Below, one piece after another: positions 7,882 through 15,708 of a stretch of DNA of 49,232 nucleotides. Source of the stretch: Dehalococcoidales bacterium. Lineage in GTDB: Bacteria; Chloroflexota; Dehalococcoidia; Dehalococcoidales; RBG-16-60-22. Position 1 is the stretch's first letter, and each line of letters opens with the position of its first letter. The notes beneath the pieces were generated by a model, which did not search any database, had not been told where the DNA came from, and saw only the letters and a program-made list of their open reading frames with translations. The stretch spans positions 1 through 49,232 of the forward strand of contig JAFGOC010000005.1 of the NCBI GenBank assembly GCA_016926705.1, written 5' to 3'. Both the position numbers and the translations under genes were made by a program.

Positions 7882-8271
7882 CTATTGCAGGGAGAAATAT
7901 AAGTCTAAGAGGATGCTTAAAGTCCTGGTTGAATTTATCATTTTTGTTACCTCGGCCTTGGGGCCGGACGCTGCGTTAAGCTGTTTTTCCAGTCCGTCGA
8001 CCAGGGAGGTTATCATCTTACGCAGGTCTTCGGTGTCGTTTTTACTTTTCAGGGCTGTAACCTGTTTTATAGCTTCCGGTGTGGCTACATCCTTGAGTTG
8101 ATTTAAAGCCATAGACAGGTTCAGGTCTTTCAGCCCCTTCAAGACGCCTTGTACTTTCTTACCCTGCTCCTGTCTCTGGCGCTCCTGTTTATCGTGCTCC
8201 TCCTGCTGACGGGTAAATTGACGGGAAAGGCGCATCAACTCATCGATGCCGCCCTCTTCTTCTTCTGGCAT
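7882..8271 (-). CDS. Hypothetical charged coiled-coil protein
   Basis: 129-aa ORF with an E/Q/K/R-rich N-terminus (QQEEHDKQERQRQEQGKK). It lies directly downstream of tRNA-Gln on the same strand. No family recognised. Confidence 0.45.
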   Translation of the reverse strand: MPEEEEGGIDELMRLSRQFTRQQEEHDKQERQRQEQGKKVQGVLKGLKDLNLSMALNQLKDVATPEAIKQVTALKSKNDTEDLRKMITSLVDGLEKQLNAASGPKAEVTKMINSTRTLSILLDLYFSLQ

Positions 8272-8291
8272 GTTTAGCTACCTTTATGACA

Positions 8292-8365
8292 TGGCTGGGG
8301 AGGAAGGAGTTGAACCTTCACTTACGGATCCAGAGTCCGCTGTCCTACCATTAGACGACTCCCCA
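8292..8365 (-). tRNA. tRNA-Gln(CUG): tRNA-Gln (anticodon CUG), CCA encoded
   Basis: The reverse complement folds as a cloverleaf. Acceptor stem is UGGGGAG/CUCCCCA (U1-A72) with discriminator G and CCA. Anticodon arm is GCGGA-CUCUGGA-UCCGU. T arm is GAAGG-UUCAACU-CCUUC. Confidence 0.92.
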
Positions 8366-8376
8366 ATGTATAGTAA

Positions 8377-8406
8377 ATTATATCACGTAGTATTATTAGG
8401 AGACAA
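8377..8406 (-). promoter_or_regulatory. Candidate promoter of tRNA-Gln
   Basis: Minus strand reads TTGTCT-18 nt-TATAAT; the -10 ends 11 nt before the tRNA 5' end. Confidence 0.5.
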
Positions 8407-8421
8407 TAATCGTGTATTCTA

Positions 8422-8451
8422 TTGACACTATACCTGCAACGGGGCTATTGT
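8422..8451 (+). promoter_or_regulatory. Candidate promoter of rnc
   Basis: TTGACA (8422-8427)-18 nt-TATTGT (8446-8451). The TTG that opens the long ORF is part of this -35 box. Confidence 0.4.
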
Positions 8452-8475
8452 TATTACAGAAAGGGGATTTCCCGG

Positions 8476-9162
8476 GTGCCGGATATCACTGAATTTCAAA
8501 AAATCCTCGGAGTATCTTTCAAGCGGCCTGCTTTGCTGGAACAGGCGCTTGTGCATAGTTCGTATATTAATGAAAATCCCGCTTATACTCTGGGACATAA
8601 CGAAAGGCTGGAGTTCCTCGGTGATGCAGTCCTGAATTTCATTGTTGCCGAGCGGTTATACCGGGAATTTCCAGACTTGAGCGAAGGCAGGATGACCAGG
8701 CTGCGTGCCGTCCTGGTGCGGGGCGATACCCTGGCTAAAATCGCCAGGAATATCAGGCTGGGGGACTTCCTTTTAATGGGCAAGGGAGAGGAATCCAGCG
8801 GAGGGCGTAATAAGACACCTAACCTGGCCGGAGCGCTAGAGGCAGTAATAGCGGCGGTTTATCTTGACCTTGGGGCTAGAGCTACCGCAAAAATGGTCCA
8901 CAAATTACTGGTTGCGGATTGGCAAAAACTCACCAGCCTGGAAGCTGAAATAGATTATAAATCTAAATTACAGGAATTCACACAATCTAAGTACCAATCG
9001 ACGCCGGTGTACCGACTCATGTCTGAAACCGGGCCGGACCATAATAAGGTTTTCCGGATAGAAGTAATTGTTAACAACAAAGCTCTTGCTGCCGCCGAAG
9101 GTAAAAGTAAAAAGATGGCGGAAACGGAAGCCGCCAGACTGGCTTTGCAGGAGCTTTCCTGA
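8476..9162 (+). CDS. rnc: Ribonuclease III
   Basis: RNase III signature HNERLEFLGDAVLNF, plus a C-terminal dsRBD (GPDHNKVFRIEV...KSKKMAETEAARLAL). GTG at 8476 is preceded by AAGGGGA. The ORF is open from 8422, but that stretch is the promoter. Confidence 0.93.
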   Translation: MPDITEFQKILGVSFKRPALLEQALVHSSYINENPAYTLGHNERLEFLGDAVLNFIVAERLYREFPDLSEGRMTRLRAVLVRGDTLAKIARNIRLGDFLLMGKGEESSGGRNKTPNLAGALEAVIAAVYLDLGARATAKMVHKLLVADWQKLTSLEAEIDYKSKLQEFTQSKYQSTPVYRLMSETGPDHNKVFRIEVIVNNKALAAAEGKSKKMAETEAARLALQELS

Positions 9163-9233
9163 GACTTTACGGAGTAGGTTCTATTTGGTAAACTGCATAT
9201 GTAGTACCTCAAATACCTTAGCGAGGTGTAACT

Positions 9234-9383
9234 ATGGGTAGTCGTGGAAATTACGCTCATCGGGAAAAGAGGAAATCGAGGAAAGACTCTAAAAAAATAG
9301 CTCCGATTTCTGTAACATCGTCGCCGGTAGAGGTGGAAGTTATCAGGAAGAAGCGGAAGCCCAGGGAGGAAGAGGAGGAATAG
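9234..9383 (+). CDS. Possible small basic/acidic-tailed protein (49 aa), below the ORF-track cutoff
   Basis: The ATG is preceded by GCGAGGTG. Translation: MGSRGNYAHREKRKSRKDSKKIAPISVTSSPVEVEVIRKKRKPREEEEE. It fills an otherwise empty 260-nt gap between rnc and acyP. Confidence 0.3.
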   Translation: MGSRGNYAHREKRKSRKDSKKIAPISVTSSPVEVEVIRKKRKPREEEEE

Positions 9384-9423
9384 TCCTCGTCAGGCGCAAA
9401 AACCTTTCGGGGAGAGGTGGCTC

Positions 9424-9705
9424 ATGGCGGGTATGGCGTCGCTAAGGGCGACCGTTTGGGGTCGTGTCCAGGGAGTCTTTTTCAGGGCCTTCGTTGAATC
9501 GGCAGCCGAACGTCTAGACCTGAAAGGCTACGTCTGCAATATGCCCGGTGGTGAGGTTGAAGTCATAGCAGAGGGTGAAAAATCAAGTCTGGAAAGACTG
9601 GTTGAATATCTAAGAACCGGGCCGCCTTCCGCACAGGTTAAGGAAGTGCTTCTCGACTGGGGTGAATATACCGGGAACTATTCGAGATTCAGTATCAGGT
9701 ATTAG
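9424..9705 (+). CDS. acyP: Acylphosphatase
   Basis: Signatures VWGRVQGVFFRAFV and GYVCNMPGGEVEVIAEG; 93 aa; strong SD (GGGGAGAGGTGG). Confidence 0.9.
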   Translation: MAGMASLRATVWGRVQGVFFRAFVESAAERLDLKGYVCNMPGGEVEVIAEGEKSSLERLVEYLRTGPPSAQVKEVLLDWGEYTGNYSRFSIRY

Positions 9706-9720
9706 CCTGCTACTATATTG

Positions 9721-10452
9721 TCAGGCTTCGAGTTCTACTTTGGCCGACTTAATCAGGTCGAGGTAACTGATTTTAAGTCCCAGCGTATCGGCGACCTCCC
9801 GGTCGGCATCATAAGGCTCCCCGATAAATATCTTATCATAGTCTTCAACTTCGCCTTCGGCCGGTTCCTCTATGACGGAGAATTTCTGCCTTGCCTCGAC
9901 GATTCCCAGGTCGAAGGGGAGGGTGAAATAAAGGTCGGCTAACACCTTATCGATGCCCAGGTTATACAGGCTTTCCCAGCCTCCTAAAGTATCACCGTGG
10001 TACTTGCTGCTGGGCAGCAGCGACAATAAATTGGGTATAGTGAAACTCCCGGTACCGTTGTAAGTCTTTAGCGGGGCTACTGTTATCAGGTAATCGCTGG
10101 ACAATATGACATTGGGTACCCAGAAAGTCGGCACCGCGAAAGGCTTAGGGAGCGGATTGTCCACCTCTACGAAGATACAGTCTTTTACATCAAGCGTCAG
10201 CACACGCGGGAAATTATAGCCCAGCGCTTGATAGATAGGCCGGGTAGGTACGCCTGCGGGTGTGCCTTCCAGCAGTATGATATCAGCGTCACTGACCCTT
10301 CTAATGCTGGAGATAATCGCGGCCAGCATCTCGGCGCTAGTTGAAACCGGGTAGGGCAGTGGGTAAGCGGCGCTTGGTTTTATCAGGACGCGCCGCGCCC
10401 TGGCTACCACCGACGGTACTTTAAATACAAAATCAGAGGTATCAAAAATCAA
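9721..10452 (-). CDS. DUF362-like domain protein
   Basis: The N-terminal RVLIKPSAAYPLPYP pattern resembles the DUF362 'VLIKPN' start. A 4-nt overlap couples it to mobB. Confidence 0.55.
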   Translation of the reverse strand: MIFDTSDFVFKVPSVVARARRVLIKPSAAYPLPYPVSTSAEMLAAIISSIRRVSDADIILLEGTPAGVPTRPIYQALGYNFPRVLTLDVKDCIFVEVDNPLPKPFAVPTFWVPNVILSSDYLITVAPLKTYNGTGSFTIPNLLSLLPSSKYHGDTLGGWESLYNLGIDKVLADLYFTLPFDLGIVEARQKFSVIEEPAEGEVEDYDKIFIGEPYDADREVADTLGLKISYLDLIKSAKVELEA

Positions 10453-11099
10453 TGTTTCCTCCTCAAGGATAGATGCAGGTTTTTAACTTCACCGTTGTTC
10501 TGCGAACCGGGTATCATGGCTGTTATAGTACGTGCCAGTATATCTTTCAAGTGAGGATTTATTTTTATAGGCTCGCCGTTGATAACTACTTCCAGCTCGC
10601 TGACGTTATTCTGTGCAGTTATCGTCTTTTCAATTACATCGGCTATCCCGGCCACGTCGTCATGGGAAAATTGTGGAACGCTGATGTCTAGCGGCTCGTC
10701 GGTTACTATTGCCAGCAGGAGCTTGGGGTCGGTCAACAATTCCTTGCCCTGTTTGCTACGGTGGACTTCTATCTTGGGATAGTCGCTGCTCTTGAATCCT
10801 TCGGTAAGCAGGATATCAAAGTCCCAGAGCACGAAATTGGATATATCCTTCGGGTCGAAGAAATTATCCATACGCCGGTAAATCGCAAGGTGGTCCAGCG
10901 AGTTGATGGCCGATAACTCACTGCCGGCCTTGGTAAAACGCCAGGTATCCTTGGCAGCGGTGTCCAGGTCGTCTTTGTGATGCGAGTGCTTGACGATAGC
11001 CACCTTATAGCCCCGTCTTTTAAGCTCGGCGATTAGTTTTTCCAGCAGGGTTGTTTTGCCGGAGCTTGATTTCCCTACTATTGATATAATCGAGCGCAT
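10449..11099 (-). CDS. mobB: Molybdopterin-guanine dinucleotide biosynthesis adapter protein MobB (with a C-terminal extension)
   Basis: IVGKSSSGKTTLLEKLIAELKRRGYKVAIVKHSHH is the classic MobB P-loop and HxHH region. Confidence 0.85.
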   Translation of the reverse strand: MRSIISIVGKSSSGKTTLLEKLIAELKRRGYKVAIVKHSHHKDDLDTAAKDTWRFTKAGSELSAINSLDHLAIYRRMDNFFDPKDISNFVLWDFDILLTEGFKSSDYPKIEVHRSKQGKELLTDPKLLLAIVTDEPLDISVPQFSHDDVAGIADVIEKTITAQNNVSELEVVINGEPIKINPHLKDILARTITAMIPGSQNNGEVKNLHLSLRRKH

Positions 11100-11112
11100 A
11101 CTATAATTCCCG

Positions 11113-12396
11113 TTATATATTTACTTCTTCATTCCAGTCCAGCATCAGTGCCTGGACGGTGTCGCCTTTATTTACTTTTTCCGTTTCTTCCGGTATAACC
11201 ACCAGGCCGTTGGCCAGGCTCATGGACGAGAGTATTCCAGAGCCCTGCGGACCGGTTAACCTGGCGTAGTAATGTCCGTTACGCTTCTCAATAATTGCTC
11301 GGTCGTAGATACGCCTGCCAGCGTCATTGATAATCGTGTTTTCAATAATTACGTCTATGGATGGTTTAGCCAGATTCTGCTTGCCCATCATTTTCAGCAG
11401 GGTAGGCCGCACGAAAAGCTCGAAGCTGACCATACAGCTGGTGGCATTACCCGGCAGTCCCAGATGGGGTATGTTTTTTGCCCTGCCGTTTTTGTCTCTG
11501 CCTTTTATCTTCCCGAAGGCTAGGGGCTTGCCCGGCTTAACGCGTACTTTCCAGAAGACCATTTCGCCGTCCCTGGCGATAATGTCCTTCACCAGGTCGT
11601 AATCGCCCATGGAGACGCCACCAGTTGTCAGTAACATATCTGCATCCTGTGCCTGCTTTAACTTTTTTACCAGCTCCTTTTCGCTATCGCGTGCTATACC
11701 AAGCATTTTAGGGATGCAGCCGTAGCGCTTGACCAGCCCGGCTATGCTGTAGGCGTTGCTATCGTGTATCTTGCCATCGGGCAATGGTTTTTCTACTTCT
11801 ATAAGTTCATCTCCCGTGGATAGAATCGCCACTACCGGACGTCTGATTACTTTGACACGACTTTTCCCGATGGAAGCCATCAGGCCTATTTCCGCCGGCC
11901 TGATAACAGTTCCCCTTTTTAAAGTTGTCTTGTCTTTGGCAATACTCTCTCCCGTCCGTCTCACGTTCCGGCCGGGCCTGGTCTCGGCGAAGATAGAAAC
12001 CTGTCCTGCACGCTGATTTGAGGAGGCGTCTTTGTTTTTCTGGTCGTCGGTATCTTCAAATTGAACGATGCTGTCGGCGCCTGACGGAATCGGGGCGCCG
12101 GTCATGATACGGATTGCAGTCCCCGTTACTATTTCTTTTTTAGGAGTGCCTCCGGCCAGTACAGTATCGGTTACCTTGAGGGTTATCGGCGATTTTTCGC
12201 TCGCCCCCCTGGTGTCCTTAGACTGCACCGCGAAGCCGTCCATGGCGGAATTATCCAGAGGCGGTACGTTAATATCTGAAATGATGTCTTCGGCGAGGAC
12301 CTGCCCCAATGCTTCCATGATGGGGACGGTCTCTGCCTCCAGTACATTTACTTCGGCGAGTATCTTTTGCAGCGCTTCTTCAACGCTTAACATCAC
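11113..12396 (-). CDS. moeA: Molybdopterin molybdenumtransferase MoeA
   Basis: Motifs PPLDNSAMDGFAV and TTGGVSMGDYD; ~425 aa. The start is either GTG at 12396 or the next ATG at 12393. Confidence 0.9.
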   Translation of the reverse strand: MMLSVEEALQKILAEVNVLEAETVPIMEALGQVLAEDIISDINVPPLDNSAMDGFAVQSKDTRGASEKSPITLKVTDTVLAGGTPKKEIVTGTAIRIMTGAPIPSGADSIVQFEDTDDQKNKDASSNQRAGQVSIFAETRPGRNVRRTGESIAKDKTTLKRGTVIRPAEIGLMASIGKSRVKVIRRPVVAILSTGDELIEVEKPLPDGKIHDSNAYSIAGLVKRYGCIPKMLGIARDSEKELVKKLKQAQDADMLLTTGGVSMGDYDLVKDIIARDGEMVFWKVRVKPGKPLAFGKIKGRDKNGRAKNIPHLGLPGNATSCMVSFELFVRPTLLKMMGKQNLAKPSIDVIIENTIINDAGRRIYDRAIIEKRNGHYYARLTGPQGSGILSSMSLANGLVVIPEETEKVNKGDTVQALMLDWNEEVNI

Positions 12397-13064
12397 TACG
12401 TAGCTCCTTTAGCCATTGATTTCGCAATTTCCAGGTCTTCTTTTGTGTTGATATTAAAAAAGCTCAAGTGCTTCGGGTCGAATCTATCTATCTCCTCGAG
12501 TTCGATAAATCTGACCTTCACGTAATTAAAAAGTTCAACGATTACTTTTTTCCCCTGTTTTAAAATCGAGTTGATGGGACTAATACAGTTTTTTGAATAT
12601 ATTGCATGGAGCGGCTCATACAACTTGTCAACCCTTGGTAGGATAAAATCATAGCCATCTGCAGCCTTAATCATATATCGCAATAATGACTCGTTTAAAA
12701 ACGGCATATCCGCAGCCACAACAAGGTTATAAAACGAATTTGATTTTACAAGTCCGGTATAAATACCCCCCAAAGACCCCTGCCCAGGGAAGATATCGTT
12801 TACTATTTGTATTCTAGGGCGGTTAGCCAGGCGGGGTAGGTTTCTCTCTTTCGCGGTTACGATAATTACTTCTTTACTTATTGGTTCAACGAGGGAAATT
12901 ACTTTTTCAAGTAAATTGGTCTTACCGATTCTTTCTAGGATTTTATCATGACCGAAGCGAGTACTTTTGCCTCCGGCCAGGATAACACAGCTTATTTCCA
13001 AATCATCTGCCTGTTTTAAACGCGAACTTAACCCCCTATATATTATTCTATCACAGAAAGTCAA
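12396..13064 (-). CDS. mobA: Molybdenum cofactor guanylyltransferase MobA
   Basis: VILAGGKSTRFGHDK nucleotide-binding motif. Its stop overlaps the moeA start. Confidence 0.85.
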   Translation of the reverse strand: MTFCDRIIYRGLSSRLKQADDLEISCVILAGGKSTRFGHDKILERIGKTNLLEKVISLVEPISKEVIIVTAKERNLPRLANRPRIQIVNDIFPGQGSLGGIYTGLVKSNSFYNLVVAADMPFLNESLLRYMIKAADGYDFILPRVDKLYEPLHAIYSKNCISPINSILKQGKKVIVELFNYVKVRFIELEEIDRFDPKHLSFFNINTKEDLEIAKSMAKGAT

Positions 13065-13109
13065 GAGAAAATAGATACCTTTATAGATATTTTTTCCTGT
13101 GGTTTTAGC

Positions 13110-14408
13110 TTATTCGCGGATTTGTTTTATATTCGGATATTCCCAATTTGTGTTATCGATAATTATATCGGCTACTTTAGTAGGGGGATATTTCTTCATA
13201 TATTTTACCTGTGCCGGCAGGTACTTTACATCGTACTTTTTTACATTTGCCGTTGAATCCCTGATTATAGCCCGTCTTTTACTTTCTTCTAAACGGATAT
13301 CGAGGTATATTTTATAATCACAAAATGCAGACAGGTCTTTTCTGAATAAAAACACGCCCTCGAAGATGATTATCGTATCACTGTCGATGGAATATTCTCT
13401 ATCGACCTCATATTTATCCGTATCCGGATCCAGGGCCTTTATTTTTAACGAAAATGGCTTCTTATCTTTGATGGGTAACAGCAACTTTTCAACAATCAGA
13501 CCTATATTAAAGCTCTTGGTATAATAATTATCCACCTGGTCTTTGCCGGAATATCGTATTGCTTTCGGGTTATGGAAATCATCCAGGTGTATCAACTGTG
13601 TCTGATGCCCTTTTGCTTGAAGGTAAGTTTCCAGTGCCGCCGCAAATCCTGTTTTCCCCGCCCCGTCAATCCCGTTTATCCCGATGACGAATGCTCTATC
13701 CTTCTGGTTTCTCTGCTCTATCTCTTTCTTTATCCTATCGAAAATCGGTAATCTTCGGTCGAAGATAGCCAGCAGGTCGTCGAACTTGTTAATCGTGATA
13801 TCCGCCTCCTTTGGTTCCTCCCCACCATAGCCGAAAAGCACACCGATAGATAGGGAGTCTGTGTCTCTGGCAGCCTCGATGTCGTGAGACCTGTCGCCGA
13901 CCACTGCCGCCTTCAATCCCCCGAATTTCCCCCTCATTTTCTTGACCAGCTCTGTCTTGGTCAGGTTATTGTGCTGGATGCACTCTACATAGTCGAAGTA
14001 CTCCCTGATATCCAGAGAAGACATTACGATATCGAGGTACATTGCGGATGCATTAGTGTACTGCGCCAGTTTATAGCCGCGTTTTCTTAAGGTTGATAGT
14101 GTTTCCTTAACCCCGGGGTAGGGCTGCGCCATATCGCGGAAAGTGCCTTCGTATTCCTGGCACACTCGGTCCCTGACCTCATCAATAGACAGGTGGCTAT
14201 CCGGCGGGGTGATGAATTCATAAAGGCTTCCTTTAGCTGACGCCGTAGTAATACCAAAGAAGTAGTTGATTTCCTCTGGACTGAAACTGACCGGCCAGCC
14301 CAGCTTTAGGAAAGCCCTTTTTATCGACTCATAAACGGCGGGAAGGGAGGGGATAATCGTCCCGTCCATATCAAAGATGATCAGGTTTACGTCGCTGGGA
14401 TTTATCAT
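13110..14408 (-). CDS. Fusion of a HAD-superfamily phosphatase with a uridine-kinase/PRK-like P-loop kinase
   Basis: N-terminal half: HAD motif I (IIFDMDGTIIPS) and VGDRSHDIEAA. C-terminal half: Walker A (VIGINGIDGAGKTGFA) and a uridine-kinase-like tail (IIIFEGVFLFR..YLDIRLEESKRR). Confidence 0.8.
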   Translation of the reverse strand: MINPSDVNLIIFDMDGTIIPSLPAVYESIKRAFLKLGWPVSFSPEEINYFFGITTASAKGSLYEFITPPDSHLSIDEVRDRVCQEYEGTFRDMAQPYPGVKETLSTLRKRGYKLAQYTNASAMYLDIVMSSLDIREYFDYVECIQHNNLTKTELVKKMRGKFGGLKAAVVGDRSHDIEAARDTDSLSIGVLFGYGGEEPKEADITINKFDDLLAIFDRRLPIFDRIKKEIEQRNQKDRAFVIGINGIDGAGKTGFAAALETYLQAKGHQTQLIHLDDFHNPKAIRYSGKDQVDNYYTKSFNIGLIVEKLLLPIKDKKPFSLKIKALDPDTDKYEVDREYSIDSDTIIIFEGVFLFRKDLSAFCDYKIYLDIRLEESKRRAIIRDSTANVKKYDVKYLPAQVKYMKKYPPTKVADIIIDNTNWEYPNIKQIRE

Positions 14409-15034
14409 CTGGTTTTTCTAACGTAAATGTAGTGCAATAAATGCGTATGAGGGCCGCTGCCATGGTCTTCCGGGTCTTCCATGATGCCTGTTTCTAATAC
14501 TTCCATTTTCTTAAAGTGCGCCTTAAGGTCATCCTCGTCGAAGTAGTGCACATGGCGGCCAGGCTTGCTTTCAAAGGTGTTTTTCTCAACCTGTTTGCCC
14601 TTGCCGAAGCTTTCTTCTTTTTCTGAAAATACCGTGAAAAACATAAGTCCCTGTTTCTTTATTCTCCTGATGCACTGGTCGATAAAGAGCTGCCGGTCGT
14701 ACTCCCTGAAGAGGTGCAGCACGTTGAAACAATAGATGGCATCATAGTTGTGCGCCAGGAAAGACATATCAAGGACGGTATCATTAAAAATCCTTGTAGC
14801 CGGGTCAAAACTCCGCGCTATCTTGCAGGCTTTTTCTGAAATTTCAACGCCCGCTACCTTGATGCCGGAGGCCGAGAATAGTATGGTATTCCTGCCGTAT
14901 CCCGACCCCGGTACCAGTAGCTTTTTAACCTTATTTTGGTTGAAGAGATGCAGGGCGTATTCGGCAGTATGGCTTGGCGATTCACCCCAGATTTTATCTT
15001 CCGCGTTAAATCTGGTGTCCCAGTATTCGTTCAA
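14405..15034 (-). CDS. Class I SAM-dependent methyltransferase
   Basis: Motif I (LVPGSGYGRN) and a post-I acidic residue (VAGVEIS). ATGA overlap with the downstream gene. Confidence 0.8.
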   Translation of the reverse strand: MNEYWDTRFNAEDKIWGESPSHTAEYALHLFNQNKVKKLLVPGSGYGRNTILFSASGIKVAGVEISEKACKIARSFDPATRIFNDTVLDMSFLAHNYDAIYCFNVLHLFREYDRQLFIDQCIRRIKKQGLMFFTVFSEKEESFGKGKQVEKNTFESKPGRHVHYFDEDDLKAHFKKMEVLETGIMEDPEDHGSGPHTHLLHYIYVRKTR

Positions 15035-15047
15035 GTGACTCCCAATT

Positions 15048-15689
15048 CTATAAAGATTGTTTCAGCACGATAATCTGCGGTAGACTGGGCAGCTTGCCGG
15101 CCTTTAGCTCGATGGTGCTTTCCTTCGAACGGGTCACGTTGCCTTTGTCCTTGAGAAAAGGCTCGACATCGGCAATGGGGAAATTAAGTTTATCTGTTTT
15201 ATAATGCATTGGGATAATTACCTCGGGTTTGAGCTGCTCGCAGACCTTCGTGGCTATCTTGGCGTCTATCGTAAAAAGGCCTCCCACCGGAACCATTAAA
15301 ACATCCACCTTGCCGATGGCTTTTAACTGGTCGGTGGATAGTTCATGACCGAGATCTCCCGCGTGGCAGATATTGACGCCGTCGACACTGAAACAAAAAA
15401 CCCTGTTTTTACCGCGCTGGTTTCCCCCTTTGTCATCGTGGGCGGTAGCCACGGCTTTAAAGCTGATACCCTTTACCTCTTCCGTGGCTTTGACTATTTT
15501 CGGTTTGCCCGCCACAGCAGCGACGTTGTTATGGTCGCCGTGCTCGTGGCTTACAGTCACGATGTCCGCCGCTTCTTTTATCGCGCCGTGCTTCAGTCCC
15601 TCCGATGTCTCGTATGGGTCAGTCAGTATACGCGTGCCTTTATCCGATGTGATTAAAAAAGCTGAATGCGCCAGATATTTAATTTTCAT
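15048..15689 (-). CDS. MBL-fold metal-dependent hydrolase (UPF0173-like)
   Basis: MKIKYLAHSAFLITS start and the HEHGDH metal motif. Confidence 0.85.
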   Translation of the reverse strand: MKIKYLAHSAFLITSDKGTRILTDPYETSEGLKHGAIKEAADIVTVSHEHGDHNNVAAVAGKPKIVKATEEVKGISFKAVATAHDDKGGNQRGKNRVFCFSVDGVNICHAGDLGHELSTDQLKAIGKVDVLMVPVGGLFTIDAKIATKVCEQLKPEVIIPMHYKTDKLNFPIADVEPFLKDKGNVTRSKESTIELKAGKLPSLPQIIVLKQSL

Positions 15690-15708
15690 TTTCGTACCTC
15701 CCGTGCCC

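Noticed and set aside
8422-8475. N-terminal extension of rnc from TTG 8422.
   Set aside because: The TTG is part of a TTGACA -35 box. The RNase III homology begins after GTG 8476, which has an SD.
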